A DNA stretch of 64,000 nucleotides from a virus (Duplodnaviria > Caudoviricetes): the IMG/VR virus record IMGVR_UViG_3300037466_001900, positions 1,608-65,607 of that record; one strand, 5' to 3'. The position numbers and the translations under genes were made by a program. Position 1 is the first letter of the stretch. Each line of letters opens with the position of its first letter. Positions 1-11,300 of the stretch are shown here, in pieces. The notes under the pieces were generated by a model, which did no database searches, was not told where the DNA came from, and saw only the letters and a list, made by a program, of their open reading frames with translations.

Positions 1-2
1 AG

Positions 3-134
3 ATCCAGAACGAGAATAACCTCGATCGGGTCCAACCACAGTTCAACATCGGGATGGAGGACAATTACCTGCCCGTCCCGCCGGTTCCTAACGAAGGCAC
101 TCCCGACGCTACGTCAGATGAGAGTGGCTTCTGA
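3..134 (+). CDS. 3' end of a head-tail adaptor/neck gene (partial)
   Basis: Open frame from the window edge (IQNENNLDRVQPQFNIGMEDN...SGF*); TGA overlaps the next ATG; position upstream of neck genes. Confidence 0.5.
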   Translation: MQNENNLDRVQPQFNIGMEDNYLPVPPVPNEGTPDATSDESGF

Positions 135-664
135 TGCTCGACGTCAAGATCCTGGGGCTCACAAAGCTTCAGGCTAGCTTTGACCAGATCACACCAGTTC
201 TGCAGGATCAGCTTCGAGTCTTTATGGCTCGGTTCGGCCTTATGGTCCGGGATAGGGTTAGGCAAAATATCCTTGAACGGTTTAAGGTCGTCACCGGCGA
301 GTTTCCTTCAGCCGTCCAGGTTGAGCAGACCGAAACAGTTCAGCAGGTCCAAAGCAGGATCTTTATTGACACCCTCCCCTGGGCTGCAATTCAGGAGCGG
401 GGTGGTAAGACACCTCCTCACACTATCGAGGTCCGGGCCGCCAATGCCTTAGCGTGGCTATCGCCTTCACATCTGGGTCTATCCGGAGGCCCTAAGTCAA
501 GTGCCTACGCTTTCGCAATGAAGGTCAATCACCCGGGGTCCAATATCCCTGAGCGAACCTATATGCGGTTGGCCCTAGTCCAGATGCGCCAGCCTTTTGA
601 AGGGGGCATCCGGGAGCTGGTCGATCGCAGTATTGACCAAACCTTTGGGGTGGCAGCCGAATGA
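134..664 (+). CDS. HK97 gp10-like neck/tail completion protein
   Basis: Size, position, and motifs AAIQERGG..PPHTI, VNHPGS.IPERTYMR. Confidence 0.65.
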   Translation: MLDVKILGLTKLQASFDQITPVLQDQLRVFMARFGLMVRDRVRQNILERFKVVTGEFPSAVQVEQTETVQQVQSRIFIDTLPWAAIQERGGKTPPHTIEVRAANALAWLSPSHLGLSGGPKSSAYAFAMKVNHPGSNIPERTYMRLALVQMRQPFEGGIRELVDRSIDQTFGVAAE

Positions 665-1185
665 GCCGCGAAGACGTCTATGCAGCTCTTTTTGGACTGC
701 TCACCCCCTTAAGGGCACCTGGTGCTGTTGACGGATCGCCTGATGGGGAATTGGGTTCAGGTGTCCAGGCCGCGCCAGGTGACCCGTTGGAGACCCAGCC
801 TTTTAACTTAGTTAGCCGAGAGGTAATTGAAGTCCAACGCGTTCCTCCTGGGCTCCAGCCCGTCTTGTTTATGGATGAGGCGATGGAGGACTACGTATTC
901 GACGGCAATGGCCTTCTTCACGTCAAGTGGACGGTTTACTTTCACGTAGGCTGCACTACCATGCGGGGGACCGCAGCGGCTACTGTCCTTAACCCCCTGA
1001 TTGACATGCTTCAGAATACCCTGCTACCTATGGATGGAAATATCCTAGGTTTTGGGGATATGATCGAGTCTGCTCAGTTTGCAGGTATGTCAGTCAAGAA
1101 CCTAGGCAACAACTTCTCCGACCCCAATGTTCGGCAGGCAGTTGCCTACATTCCATTCCAGATCACATTCGCTCCCCAATACTAG
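661..1185 (+). CDS. Tail terminator-like protein
   Basis: Lies between gp10-like gene and tail tube; ATGA overlap. Confidence 0.55.
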   Translation: MSREDVYAALFGLLTPLRAPGAVDGSPDGELGSGVQAAPGDPLETQPFNLVSREVIEVQRVPPGLQPVLFMDEAMEDYVFDGNGLLHVKWTVYFHVGCTTMRGTAAATVLNPLIDMLQNTLLPMDGNILGFGDMIESAQFAGMSVKNLGNNFSDPNVRQAVAYIPFQITFAPQY

Positions 1186-1194
1186 GAGTTTCCT

Positions 1195-1479
1195 ATGGCA
1201 TCCGTTGATGACGTCCTGGCTGAGATCGACACCTGGTTCGCTGAAGAAGTCCAGCGTGCCCCTCTCAGCTACAACACCGAAATATACAACCAGATGCACG
1301 AGGCCCGAGCCAGTCTGAAAAACCGGTTATCGGTTGTGATGACAGGTGAACCTCTGCAGCCACCCAAAGAGCCCGATGCGGGCACCGATCAAGGTGGCCA
1401 GGCCGAAGAGCCCGAGACCGATCTGAGCGACCCGCCGGCGGACCAGGGCAAGGCCTCTTCCAAGTCCAAGGCCGGTTAA
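1195..1479 (+). CDS. Hypothetical protein with acidic/Pro-rich C-terminus
   Basis: RBS AGGAG, 94 aa ORF in the tail operon. Confidence 0.6.
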   Translation: MASVDDVLAEIDTWFAEEVQRAPLSYNTEIYNQMHEARASLKNRLSVVMTGEPLQPPKEPDAGTDQGGQAEEPETDLSDPPADQGKASSKSKAG

Positions 1480-1515
1480 TCCGGTCTCTCTTCCCTCCAA
1501 TCAGGAGTAACTATC

Positions 1516-2262
1516 ATGGGTTCATCTGTCACGGGCAAAAAGATCTTCAGCCCTGGCCGTTTCTTCGGCATCAACAACGTCACTAATCCTACGCCGACTC
1601 GAGCCTACGTCCCCCAGGACATGAGCATCGATTTCAAGCAGTCGACCAAGGAGCTGTTCGGCGATCGCAAATTCTCGGTGGCGGTGGCTGCTGGAGAAAT
1701 CTCCGTTTCCGGTAAGGTGACAATGGGCGCCCAGAACGCCCGCATCCTGGCTGACCTTCTTTTCAATGTCTCCGGTAGCTCTGGCACTATTGCTCAGATC
1801 GACAAAGAGGCTGGCACTGTTACTACTACCACTGTCACGGTTGCAAACTCAGCTCAGTGGACTACGGACCTGGGGGTTATGCTGGCATCGGATGGCACGG
1901 TCTTTACCAGGGTGGCCTCGTCGCCGGCCGCTGGCCAGTATTCAGTTTCTGCAGGCGTTTACACGTTCAACGCTTCCGACAATACCAAGAACGTGCTGAT
2001 CAGCTACCTCTACACGATCGCATCCAGTGGTGAGAAGATCGTCATGGCCAACCAGGTCCAAGGGCCTGCGGGTAGCTTTACGGCCGTCATGGTCTTCCCC
2101 TACGCGACCGACCAAGACGTCCTCACTCTCAACAACGCGATCCTCCAGGACTCTGGTATCGCAACTAAGCTTGGTGATTACGCCAAGCCCACAATGTCGT
2201 TCATGGCGTCCACTGACAGCTCCGATACCCTCGGGACTTTCGCATTCTCGCAGGCCGCCTAA
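1516..2262 (+). CDS. Major tail tube protein
   Basis: Strong RBS (TCAGGAG); Ser/Thr/Gly-rich beta protein upstream of chaperone and tape measure. Confidence 0.8.
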   Translation: MGSSVTGKKIFSPGRFFGINNVTNPTPTRAYVPQDMSIDFKQSTKELFGDRKFSVAVAAGEISVSGKVTMGAQNARILADLLFNVSGSSGTIAQIDKEAGTVTTTTVTVANSAQWTTDLGVMLASDGTVFTRVASSPAAGQYSVSAGVYTFNASDNTKNVLISYLYTIASSGEKIVMANQVQGPAGSFTAVMVFPYATDQDVLTLNNAILQDSGIATKLGDYAKPTMSFMASTDSSDTLGTFAFSQAA

Positions 2263-2278
2263 CATAAGGGGCTAATTT

Positions 2279-2653
2279 ATGAAGACTGCAGCTGAGCGCC
2301 TGGGTGAACAGCGTCGCTTGATCTTCGAGAACGTTGCTAATGGCGTTCCCGTCCAGCAAGTGATGAATGTGTTCCAGTGCTCCGAGAAAGAACTGATGGA
2401 TGACATCAAGTTCGTAGGCAAGAAGATTTCCGAGTACAGATTTCGCCGGAACCAGCCGCCGCTCAGCTGCAGCACCTTCAACGAGATTTTTACTAACCGC
2501 TTGGCGCTGCTAGATACGCTGCGCCGCCTTGGCGATGTGTATCTAAGCACGTCACTCCTCATTCCAAATATCCATGTGGGCAAGCTGGAAGACCCTCACG
2601 TTGTGAGAGAAGCAGAACATAGAACTGGAATGAGGATGTTAGGACATGGCTAA
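2279..2653 (+). CDS. Hypothetical protein, possible HTH
   Basis: 124 aa; helix-turn-helix-like segment VANGVPVQQVMNVFQCSEKEL. Confidence 0.55.
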   Translation: MKTAAERLGEQRRLIFENVANGVPVQQVMNVFQCSEKELMDDIKFVGKKISEYRFRRNQPPLSCSTFNEIFTNRLALLDTLRRLGDVYLSTSLLIPNIHVGKLEDPHVVREAEHRTGMRMLGHG

Positions 2654-3038
2654 GACACGACCTGTTACCCTGGGCGGCACCGAACTCCACGTGCCCATGC
2701 TCCCTATTCGTTTGAATAAGATTGCATACCCTCTCTGCCGGAAACTCCACAACTCAGGTTTTCTCGACCGGATCATCGAGGGAAAAGGCCAGGTTGACTG
2801 CTCCGACGAGGAGATGGACATCCTGGTTGAGATTGCGTTTACCGCCGTCCAGGCAGCTGCGCCCCAGGTAACTCGCGACGAGTTCGACAACTGGGCTATC
2901 TCCCCTCCGGAACTTGTTGATGCCTACTTCGTTATCCGTTACCAGACTGGAGCCTGGGTTGCTCCGGAGCCGGAAGCGGAAGTTAGCGAGGAGGCTGCTT
3001 TGGGGGAAGCCGAGGAAGTGGAGACGCTCCCGACATAA
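2646..3038 (+). CDS. Tail assembly chaperone (gpG-like)
   Basis: Position before tape measure; slippery site near 3' end. Confidence 0.8.
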   Translation: MAKTRPVTLGGTELHVPMLPIRLNKIAYPLCRKLHNSGFLDRIIEGKGQVDCSDEEMDILVEIAFTAVQAAAPQVTRDEFDNWAISPPELVDAYFVIRYQTGAWVAPEPEAEVSEEAALGEAEEVETLPT

Positions 3039-3262
3039 ACTTCGACCGCATCCTTGCCCGCCTAGTTCGCTACTTCGGGCAGACTCCTGAATACTGGCTC
3101 GATAACTGCACGCTTCCAGACTGGCACAATATCTGGAACCGTGAGCTAATTGAACAGCCACCCCCAGAGTCGTTCCTTGCCGTCTATTTCGAATATGAGG
3201 CATCGTCCTCAGTCGAAGAAGCCGAGGAGATCGACTTGGGCCTCCCCGAGTTCGAGGAGTAG
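2999..3262 (+). other. Programmed -1 frameshift (T TTG GGG) and gpGT-like extension
   Basis: X XXY YYZ heptamer at 2999-3005 in frame; -1 frame open to TAG 3260-3262 just before the TMP ATG (FDRILARLVRYFGQTPEYWLDNCTLPDW...). Confidence 0.8.
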
Positions 3263-3265
3263 CTG

Positions 3266-6200
3266 ATGCCCACAACTGACGGTACAGTCGAAATCAAGAT
3301 TACTGGTTCGGTTGATCCGTCAGTTGCGGCTGCAGCAAACGAGGCCAAAGCCTCTCTCGATGCGGTTGGCGCGTCGGCCTCAGGGCTTCGCCCAGGCTTC
3401 GACGCCAGCGCCGCCTCCCTAAAACAGCTGATCGCCCAGACGGGTAGCTTTGCTGCTGCCCAGAAAGCCCTAGCTGCGGCCAACGGGGATATGGGCGCAG
3501 CCTTGCTGGCAACTAGGGTTGCACAGGAGGTAGAGACCGAAGCAGTCAAAGCCGGGACTGCAGCAACAATCAATAGCCGGGCTGCATATGAGTCGTTAGT
3601 TCTGATCCACGAAGCCATGCAGGGTAGGTTTACTCGCATGGCCGGCTCGTCGATGATTCTGACCCAGGCATTGGCTGGCCAGGCTGCGACCACGAAGTTT
3701 GTCCAGGCAGCTTTGAGTTCTACTGGCCTTACAATTATTGGCACCACCATTGCCATGGGCACGCTATTAGCGGCTACCATCTCGATGGAGAGTGAGGAGA
3801 AAAAGTTAACAGCAACCTCTATTGGCCTCGGAGCTCAGTCAGGGCTCACTGCCAAGCAGTTGAAGGACATTGGTGAGTCAGCCGATAGTTCAACCCAGTC
3901 TATTCGCGAGACCACCAAGGCCGCTGAAGCTTTTGCTGCTGTTGGGTTGCACAACGCTGATACGGTTAAAACCCTATCGAATAGCATTGAGTCTTACTCA
4001 CAGCTCATTGGGGTTAAGTTTGCGGATGCTCAAAAGAAGTTAGCATCAGCGATGAAAGACCCTGTTAAAGGGGCTCAGGAACTTCATGACGAACTAGGCA
4101 TCCTAAGTGGTGACCAGCTGGAACAGATCCAGCGGCTTGACGCCATTGGGGCCAAGGACCAAGCTGTTGCCATTATCACCCAAGCCCTGACAGAGAGGGT
4201 GAATGAGGCTAAGGACGCAGGAGTTGGTCTGCGGGGTGAATTCGGTCAGCTAGTCGACGTCCTAAGTAACGTCTATAACTGGATCGGCCAGGTCAGTGAA
4301 GGGTTCGGCCGAGAAGCTGAAACACTTCTAGAGGACCTCATACCTGCTCTGCATCAGGCGGCTCAAGCCCACAGGGATGTAGCGGCTGCAGCTTCCCAGC
4401 AGGCCCAGAACGAAGCGGCTCTCAACGACATCTCAGCCAAAGGGGCTAAGGCGTTTGCCAACACTCCCGAAGGTCGCAAAGAGAAAGACCTCATCGACCT
4501 GGCTGGCCAGCGTATGGCCGCGGAAGATGCTTACACCTTAGCCAAGGCTCGGGGCGACACCGTAGGCATGGCCCAGGCGAAAGAAGCTGTTGACGCTTAT
4601 ACTCACGCAATCACGTCCTACAGGACCGAGGCTGAGAAGAAAGTTGCAATCGACAAAATTGACGTCCAGCTTGCTGCGGCCAAGCACGCACACAATAAGG
4701 AATTAGTAGCAGATCTTACTCAGCAGAAGGCTTTAATAGCTGAGTCAGGTAAGATCGAAACCCAGGCTGATGCCAACGCTCTGGCTAAAGGGGCGGGTGA
4801 CGTCGGAGGCGCTAGGACATTCCCTAAAGGAGGAGGTAAAGGCCCCTCAATTGTGTCCCAGTGGGAAGAGCAGCTTCACGCTATGGAGGTGGCCAGCAAT
4901 GACTTCTTCGACGACCAGACATCTACTGAGCTGAAATTCTGGCAAAGCAAGCTGGGGTTAGTCAAGGCGGGTTCCAAAGAGTGGCTCGACGTCCAGACGA
5001 AAGTATACGACGCCCAGAAGACCCTTGCCCATCGCGACTACGACGAACATATCGCCGATCTAAATGACCGGATCGAGGCCGATCGGAACGACTTCACCAA
5101 GTTCAAGGCCGACTGGCAGGAAAAGCTCGACTTCATCAAGTCAAAGTACAAGGAAGAGTCGACCGAGTACAAGAACGCCCATCGTCAAATGGAGGCCGAG
5201 ACCCGCCAGTTCGAGGACCGGCTGATCCAGGAGGAGCTCAGCGGCAACAATAAGATGGTTGCGGCCCTCAAGAAGAACCTCCAAGAACAACAGCAGATCC
5301 GCCAAGAGTATACCAAGCTTCGCGAAGAGCAGATAGCTGACAAAGCCGGCAACTCCCCGTTTGGCGACATCTCGGCTATTACCCAGATCGCCCGGCTCCA
5401 CCACCAGATGGCGCAGCAGGAGATCCAGGACGCCCAGACTGCATACAATGCCGAGAACGCCCTGCGTGCCCAGGGAGTGGCCGATGCCTTGCGGGTCTAT
5501 GGTCAGGATGACCAGCGGTATAAGGCGGCTCTGGCGGACAAACTCAATGCTGATAAGCAATATGAGAACCAGAAGCGCCAGCTTGAGCTAAAGGCCCTTA
5601 ACCAGCAGCTTCAGGATCTTCAACGCCTAAAGGCCGCTTATCATCAGTATATTGATGGCACCGTATCTGCTACGGTTTCGGGCTTTGCTAACATGGCTGA
5701 CGGAACCGGCACCTTCCGAGAAGCGGTGATTGGGGTTTACCAGTCAATTAAGTCGGCGGCGATACAAGCTATTAGCACAATCGTCGAAAACTGGATTGTC
5801 AACCTTCTAGTCCAGAAGACGGCTTCTAACACCGCAGCGGCCGCTCAGGTGGCTTCCTATGCGGGTATAGCCGGAGCGGCCGGTGTGGCCTCCTGGGCGG
5901 CGGCTCCGTGGCCAATTGACGCGGGGGCTCCAGGGTTTGGTGCAGCTATGTCGGCAGCAGCCGCAGCGTTTGCCCCGTTAGCATCTCTTGACAAGGGCAC
6001 TAACTTCTTACCTCAAGATATGCTGGTCCAGGCTCACCAGGGCGAACGTGTCGTTCCGAGGGCAGACAATACTAAATTGATCCAGCTGGTTAGCCAGGCT
6101 GCGAACAACAACACTCCTAACGGTGGGAATGGTGATGTCCATTTGCACTTCCACGGGGACATTATTGGCTCTCGGGCTGGAATGGAACAGTGGGCGAGAC

Positions 6201-6283
6201 AAAACCGGCATATGTTCGGAGCAGGAGCTAAGGCCTATTCCCGATATGGTGGCAATCTTGATCCCAATCGTCGCGGAGGGTAG
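3266..6283 (+). CDS. Tail tape measure protein
   Basis: 1005 aa Ala-rich helical protein; lambda-type TMP features; C-terminal LDKGTN...AHQGERVVP motif. Confidence 0.92.
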   Translation: MPTTDGTVEIKITGSVDPSVAAAANEAKASLDAVGASASGLRPGFDASAASLKQLIAQTGSFAAAQKALAAANGDMGAALLATRVAQEVETEAVKAGTAATINSRAAYESLVLIHEAMQGRFTRMAGSSMILTQALAGQAATTKFVQAALSSTGLTIIGTTIAMGTLLAATISMESEEKKLTATSIGLGAQSGLTAKQLKDIGESADSSTQSIRETTKAAEAFAAVGLHNADTVKTLSNSIESYSQLIGVKFADAQKKLASAMKDPVKGAQELHDELGILSGDQLEQIQRLDAIGAKDQAVAIITQALTERVNEAKDAGVGLRGEFGQLVDVLSNVYNWIGQVSEGFGREAETLLEDLIPALHQAAQAHRDVAAAASQQAQNEAALNDISAKGAKAFANTPEGRKEKDLIDLAGQRMAAEDAYTLAKARGDTVGMAQAKEAVDAYTHAITSYRTEAEKKVAIDKIDVQLAAAKHAHNKELVADLTQQKALIAESGKIETQADANALAKGAGDVGGARTFPKGGGKGPSIVSQWEEQLHAMEVASNDFFDDQTSTELKFWQSKLGLVKAGSKEWLDVQTKVYDAQKTLAHRDYDEHIADLNDRIEADRNDFTKFKADWQEKLDFIKSKYKEESTEYKNAHRQMEAETRQFEDRLIQEELSGNNKMVAALKKNLQEQQQIRQEYTKLREEQIADKAGNSPFGDISAITQIARLHHQMAQQEIQDAQTAYNAENALRAQGVADALRVYGQDDQRYKAALADKLNADKQYENQKRQLELKALNQQLQDLQRLKAAYHQYIDGTVSATVSGFANMADGTGTFREAVIGVYQSIKSAAIQAISTIVENWIVNLLVQKTASNTAAAAQVASYAGIAGAAGVASWAAAPWPIDAGAPGFGAAMSAAAAAFAPLASLDKGTNFLPQDMLVQAHQGERVVPRADNTKLIQLVSQAANNNTPNGGNGDVHLHFHGDIIGSRAGMEQWARQNRHMFGAGAKAYSRYGGNLDPNRRGG

Positions 6284-6286
6284 CGA

Positions 6287-6949
6287 ATGACAGCCCCATT
6301 CCTTCCTTCACGATGGGTCATTACCCCAGCTGACAATACTGATGATCCGGATGTATTCCCGATCCTGAAAGGTCAGATGTTCAAGATTGAGAAGACCCCA
6401 GTCTGGTCGACTAAAACTGACATCTCTGTATCCGGGGTCGAACGCCGGCGTTCTTTGTTCAGCTATCCCATCTGGAGGTTCCAGCTAGGATACGGGGTCC
6501 TCCGAGATGGAGCGGCCTATCTTGAACTTCAACGCCTGATCACATTCTTCAATCTGAAGAGTGGGTCAATGACTGCATTCTTCTTCTACGATAAGGATGA
6601 CTACTTCGCTGTTGCTATGCCTTTTGGAACTGGGGATGGGGTCACGGCTACATTCCAAGTTACCAGGACAACTTCTATTGGTGGAGCAGGACTGACCTTC
6701 TCCGAACCGGTTCGTGGTTTTGACGGAACCCCAACTTTCTATGTCAACGGGGTAGCTACCAGCGCAACTGTTGGGCCGCTTGGAACCGTGACTTTTGCTT
6801 CACCTCCTGCAAACGGAACCTCGCTTACCTGGACAGGGAGCTTCTACTTCCTTTGCCGTTTTTCAGCTGATGACCTATCTGGACTAAGCCAGGTGGCTTC
6901 TGGGTTGTGGGCGCTCAACGCTTTTGGGTTCCAGACGTTCAAACCATGA
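6287..6949 (+). CDS. Distal tail protein (DUF2460, GTA-like)
   Basis: SGVERRRSL..YP, FGTGDG.T.TFQ and LTWTGSFYFLCRF motifs; follows TMP. Confidence 0.85.
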   Translation: MTAPFLPSRWVITPADNTDDPDVFPILKGQMFKIEKTPVWSTKTDISVSGVERRRSLFSYPIWRFQLGYGVLRDGAAYLELQRLITFFNLKSGSMTAFFFYDKDDYFAVAMPFGTGDGVTATFQVTRTTSIGGAGLTFSEPVRGFDGTPTFYVNGVATSATVGPLGTVTFASPPANGTSLTWTGSFYFLCRFSADDLSGLSQVASGLWALNAFGFQTFKP

Positions 6950-7845
6950 AAACAGTCAGCACCGCTGTCCTTGACCTCCTTCAAACCGGGGAGTATGTTG
7001 CGGCCGATTTATACACTATTACACTTAATGGCGGATCGGTAGTCAGGTGGACAAGTCACGATCAGTCAGTCTCTTGGGCCGGGCAGGTTTTCACAAAGAT
7101 GCCTCTGTCCAGGGGCACTATCGGAGAGAAGACGGGGACAGATGTTTCAACGTTGCAGGTCACTCTCTACGGTAACTCCACGGACCTTATAAACGGCGTT
7201 CCCGTCATCCCCTTCATCGCCCAGCATGGGTTCGACGGGGCGTCGCTGAAACTAGAACGAGTCTACGGTGACTCGTGGGCTTCTACTTCGACACTGGCGG
7301 GAACTATCATCCGTTTTGCTGGTAAGATCACCTCCATCGACTCGATCCAGGGTGGGGCCGCGACTTTCACTGTCTCGAGCTGGATGGTCCTCCTCAACAC
7401 AAACATGCCCAGGAATGTCTACCAGGCGGCTTGCCAGCATTCGCTTTATGATGCAGGATGCACCCTGAACCCAGCGAGCTTCTCAGCCAGCGGGCACACT
7501 ACCTCCGCGGGTGGAACGGTTACTTTCCCAACGAACCTAACTCCCACAGCAAACGACTATGCCCTTGGACGGATAGTCTTCACCAGCGGGCCAAACAACG
7601 GGCTTACCAGGGCGGTCAAGTCGAACGACGGGTCTGGAAACTTCACCCTGATGTTAGCTCTGCCTAATCCGGTAGGATCGGCTGACAATTTCACAGTCTA
7701 TAAGGGCTGTGATTTAACTATGGCAACCTGTTCGGGTAAGTTCAGCAACCTGGTCAACTTCAAGGCTGAACCCTTCACTCCTCCACCCAGGACTGTGATT
7801 GCTACACCTTCGACGACTACTACGACGAGCGGCGGCAAGGGATGA
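6946..7845 (+). CDS. Baseplate hub protein (DUF2163/BR0599)
   Basis: Start re-placed at ATG 6946 (ATGA overlap); CQHSLYDAGC and GCDLTMATCSGKFSNLVNF motifs. Confidence 0.85.
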   Translation: MKTVSTAVLDLLQTGEYVAADLYTITLNGGSVVRWTSHDQSVSWAGQVFTKMPLSRGTIGEKTGTDVSTLQVTLYGNSTDLINGVPVIPFIAQHGFDGASLKLERVYGDSWASTSTLAGTIIRFAGKITSIDSIQGGAATFTVSSWMVLLNTNMPRNVYQAACQHSLYDAGCTLNPASFSASGHTTSAGGTVTFPTNLTPTANDYALGRIVFTSGPNNGLTRAVKSNDGSGNFTLMLALPNPVGSADNFTVYKGCDLTMATCSGKFSNLVNFKAEPFTPPPRTVIATPSTTTTTSGGKG

Positions 7846-8312
7846 CGACTGAGGCGGACCTCAGGAACCGGATTATTGGGGAGGCCCTTCTATGGGACCT
7901 CACCCCTTATCACACCCATGCCAGGGTTCTGGGCGTGGGTGTCGATTGCGCCCAGCTTCCAGCTGCAGTCTACGAAGGTGCTGCGGTTATTCCACATCTC
8001 GAGCCCGAATATTCGAGTCAATGGATGCAGCACCGAGATGAAGAGCTTTATCTCGAGGAGATCCGGAGGTGGTCGAGGGAGATCAAGGTTGAAGCTGCTC
8101 AGCCGGCCGATTTGCTTGTCTGGAAGTTTGGCCGGACCTTTAGCCACTCAGGGATCATCATAGCCTCTGGGGTAGTGCTTCATGCATGGGCTCGGGCTGG
8201 TCGGGTGGTTCGATCGGATCTTGAGACCGAGGAAGAGCTCAAGCATAGAGAATGTAAGGCTTTCACGGTATTCGCCCCCGACGGCAAGTTGATGCGGGGC
8301 GGGGTTAAGTAA
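7842..8312 (+). CDS. NlpC/P60 tail peptidase
   Basis: GVDCAQL catalytic Cys, SHSGI His, typical GTA-like order. Confidence 0.88.
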   Translation: MTTEADLRNRIIGEALLWDLTPYHTHARVLGVGVDCAQLPAAVYEGAAVIPHLEPEYSSQWMQHRDEELYLEEIRRWSREIKVEAAQPADLLVWKFGRTFSHSGIIIASGVVLHAWARAGRVVRSDLETEEELKHRECKAFTVFAPDGKLMRGGVK

Positions 8313-11300
8313 TGGGCGGCTCATCCTCCAACACGGTAACAGTCGGCTCTAAGTTAGCTGGCATGTCGATCCAGACTTCGCTTCTGGGTCAGGTCATTCC
8401 GATCGGGTGGGGTCGAGGCAAGCTTAGCTGTAACTTAATCGACTACTTGAACTTCCGGGCGATCCCCCACACTACAACTACTACTACAGGTGGCGGCAAG
8501 GGTGGTGGGTCTTCGTCGACTAGCACGACTGACTACACCTACACTGCAGATGTGATAATGTCTCTCTGCGATGCAGGGCCCAACGGAATTGTTGGGGTTA
8601 ACCGAGTGTGGAAAGACTCAGGCAAGTTCGATCCTCCAAACGCTTTGAGCCAGGTAGGCCTTAGCCTCATGCGGGGGACTTCGACCCAGACGGCTTGGCC
8701 TTATCTAGTAAGCGCGGCCCCAACACATGCACTCGCCTATCGGAACATGGCTTACGTCTACGCCCAAGCCTATGATCTAGGGTCAGAAGGTGTAGTAGCC
8801 AATCACAGCTTTGAAGTCGATTTCCCCATCCAGTTCAATCCTGGAGGGTCGGTCTACGACGCGGCTCCTAAGGACGTCCTTACCGACTTCCTGACGAACA
8901 CGAATGCGGGTGTCCCCAACTGGCCTTCGTCTGCTAATGGCGACTGGACCAACTGGAACAACTATTGCCTGGCGAACAACCTGCTGCTATCACCTGTCCT
9001 AGATACGGGGACTGCAGCTAACCAGTTTATTCAGCGGTTACTCGACCAGACTCATAGCGACTGTTTTTTCTCTGAGGGCCTCCTAAAGGTCGTTCCTCTT
9101 GGGGACACAACGGCTACTGGCAACGGAGTTACATGGAACCCAGACCTAACCCCGATTGTTGACCTGACTGAAGATGACTTCCTGGGCGAGGTCCAGCTCG
9201 AGGTCATGGACCAAACGGATGCCTATAACCGCGTCCAGATCCAGTTCCCCGACCGGACGAACGAGTACAACACCGGCGTAGCAGTTGCCGACGATCTAGA
9301 CAACATAATCCAGTTTGGCCTCCGCCAGCAAGATCCTCAGACGTTCAATGACATCTGCGACCCCCAGATCGCAATGACCGCGGCTCATCTGTGGCTTAAT
9401 CGCCAGCTTTACATTCGTGATCAATACAGCTTCGACCTGCCCGAAGATGTGGCTGTTTTTCTCGAGCCTCGCGACTACGTCACGCTGACCACTACAGTCG
9501 ACGGTATGCAGCTTGATCGGAAACTAGTCTCAATCCTTTCGATCGATGAGTCTGAAGATGGTCATAACGTTTTTCATATCGTTGCTGAGGGTGTGCCGGG
9601 TCATACTGCTAATGCAGCTCTTTATTCCGCTCATTCTGCTACCGGTTTCTCTCCAGATCAGAATGCTGACCCTGGTGACGTTGCTACCCCATTCATTTTC
9701 AATGTTCCTGAGAGCCTTGTTTCAAGTGTAACTACTCTCGAGGTTGGAGCCGCGGTTGCAGGCGTCAATGATAACTGGGGTGGATGCTTTGTCTTCCTCA
9801 GCTTTGACGGAACCAACTACAGCCAGGTCGGGCAGATTACTGGTCCCTCGAGATACGGCGGGCTTACGGCTACCTTAGCTAGCCATGCCGATCCCGACAC
9901 AACCAATACTCTTTCAGTCGATTTGTCGATTAGTAAGGGTGCCTTGGGGACATATTCGCATACGACAGCTGACCAGAATGCTACTCTATGCCTAATTCGG
10001 GATGCGGGTGGTTCCTATGAGCTGATCAGTTATGGGACTGCGACTCTAACCAGCGCAAACCATTATGACCTCACATATCTCCGCCGCGCCCAGTTCGGAA
10101 GCACTCTAGGGGCACACACTAATACGGCTACGTTTGCTCGACTTGACCAGGCGATCTTCACCTTGCCGTTCGACGTGACGAAGCTGGGGCAGACAGTTTA
10201 CATCAAGTTCCAGAGCTACAACATCTATCATCGGGCTCTTCAAGACCTTTCGGTCTGTACTGCTTATTCATTTGTCCTGGCTAAGGCTGGGGCGGTTCCG
10301 GATATGCCTACTGGGCTTGCTCTAACCAGCGGGTCGTCGTGGGTTGGTCCAAGCATGGACATCATCTGCGACCCAGCAAACAGGGCGACAAGCTACAGGT
10401 TCGACATCTACAAGTCTGATGGGACCACGCTTCTTCGGCAAATCACATCGTCGACCCCAAGTGCCAGCTATACCACGGACCAGGCCGCGCTTGATGGAGC
10501 TCAACGATCCTATAAGCTAGCGGTCACTGCAATCAACGACTCTGGACCTAGTACAACTACATCCCAGATTAGCGTCAGCAACTCGGCCCCAGCAACTTTA
10601 TCTAGCCCAAGTACTACTGGTGGCACCTATACCGGGCAGGTAACTGCAACGGCCAGTTCGGACCCGGACCTAGCAGGCTATATTGTCTTCTTCAGCCCGA
10701 CTAGCGGGTTCAATCCCAAGACTACAGGTGGTGTCGTTGTTGGTGGGACCTTGCCACTGAACATATACGGCTTGGCTGCTGGGACCTATTATTGCAGGAT
10801 AGCGGCTTACGATCCTTGGACAAATGACCCCGACCAGCTGAACCTTAGCACCGAGTTGAACTTTGTAATTAGTACGGGTGGTGGTGCATCACCTAGTGGA
10901 GGGGGCACAGACGGAGGATACGACGGTAATTGCGTTGTCGAAGATACTCCGATCCTAATGGCCAAGCGCGATTGGCGGTGGTTCTGGCTTCGTCGTTGCC
11001 GCGGCGCGGAGAAGCCTATGAACCAGTGCCGACCTGGAATTGACTGGGTTTGGACCCGTCACGAGGCAACAGGGAAATGGGGTGCTTACCAGATCGACGC
11101 TCTTGAATTCGTTCTAGCTCTAGCATACCGGGCTTCTGGGTTCCCAGATGCAACCGCCCAGCACCACTTCTCACCTGGCGATGGAGACATACGCTGGATC
11201 AGGATGGGGTATTTAGGCGATATTTTGGGGATGCGCATAGTCGGGAAGATGCGAGTTAAAGATGCCCATACCTACGTAGCGGCTGGGGTCCTCAGCCATA

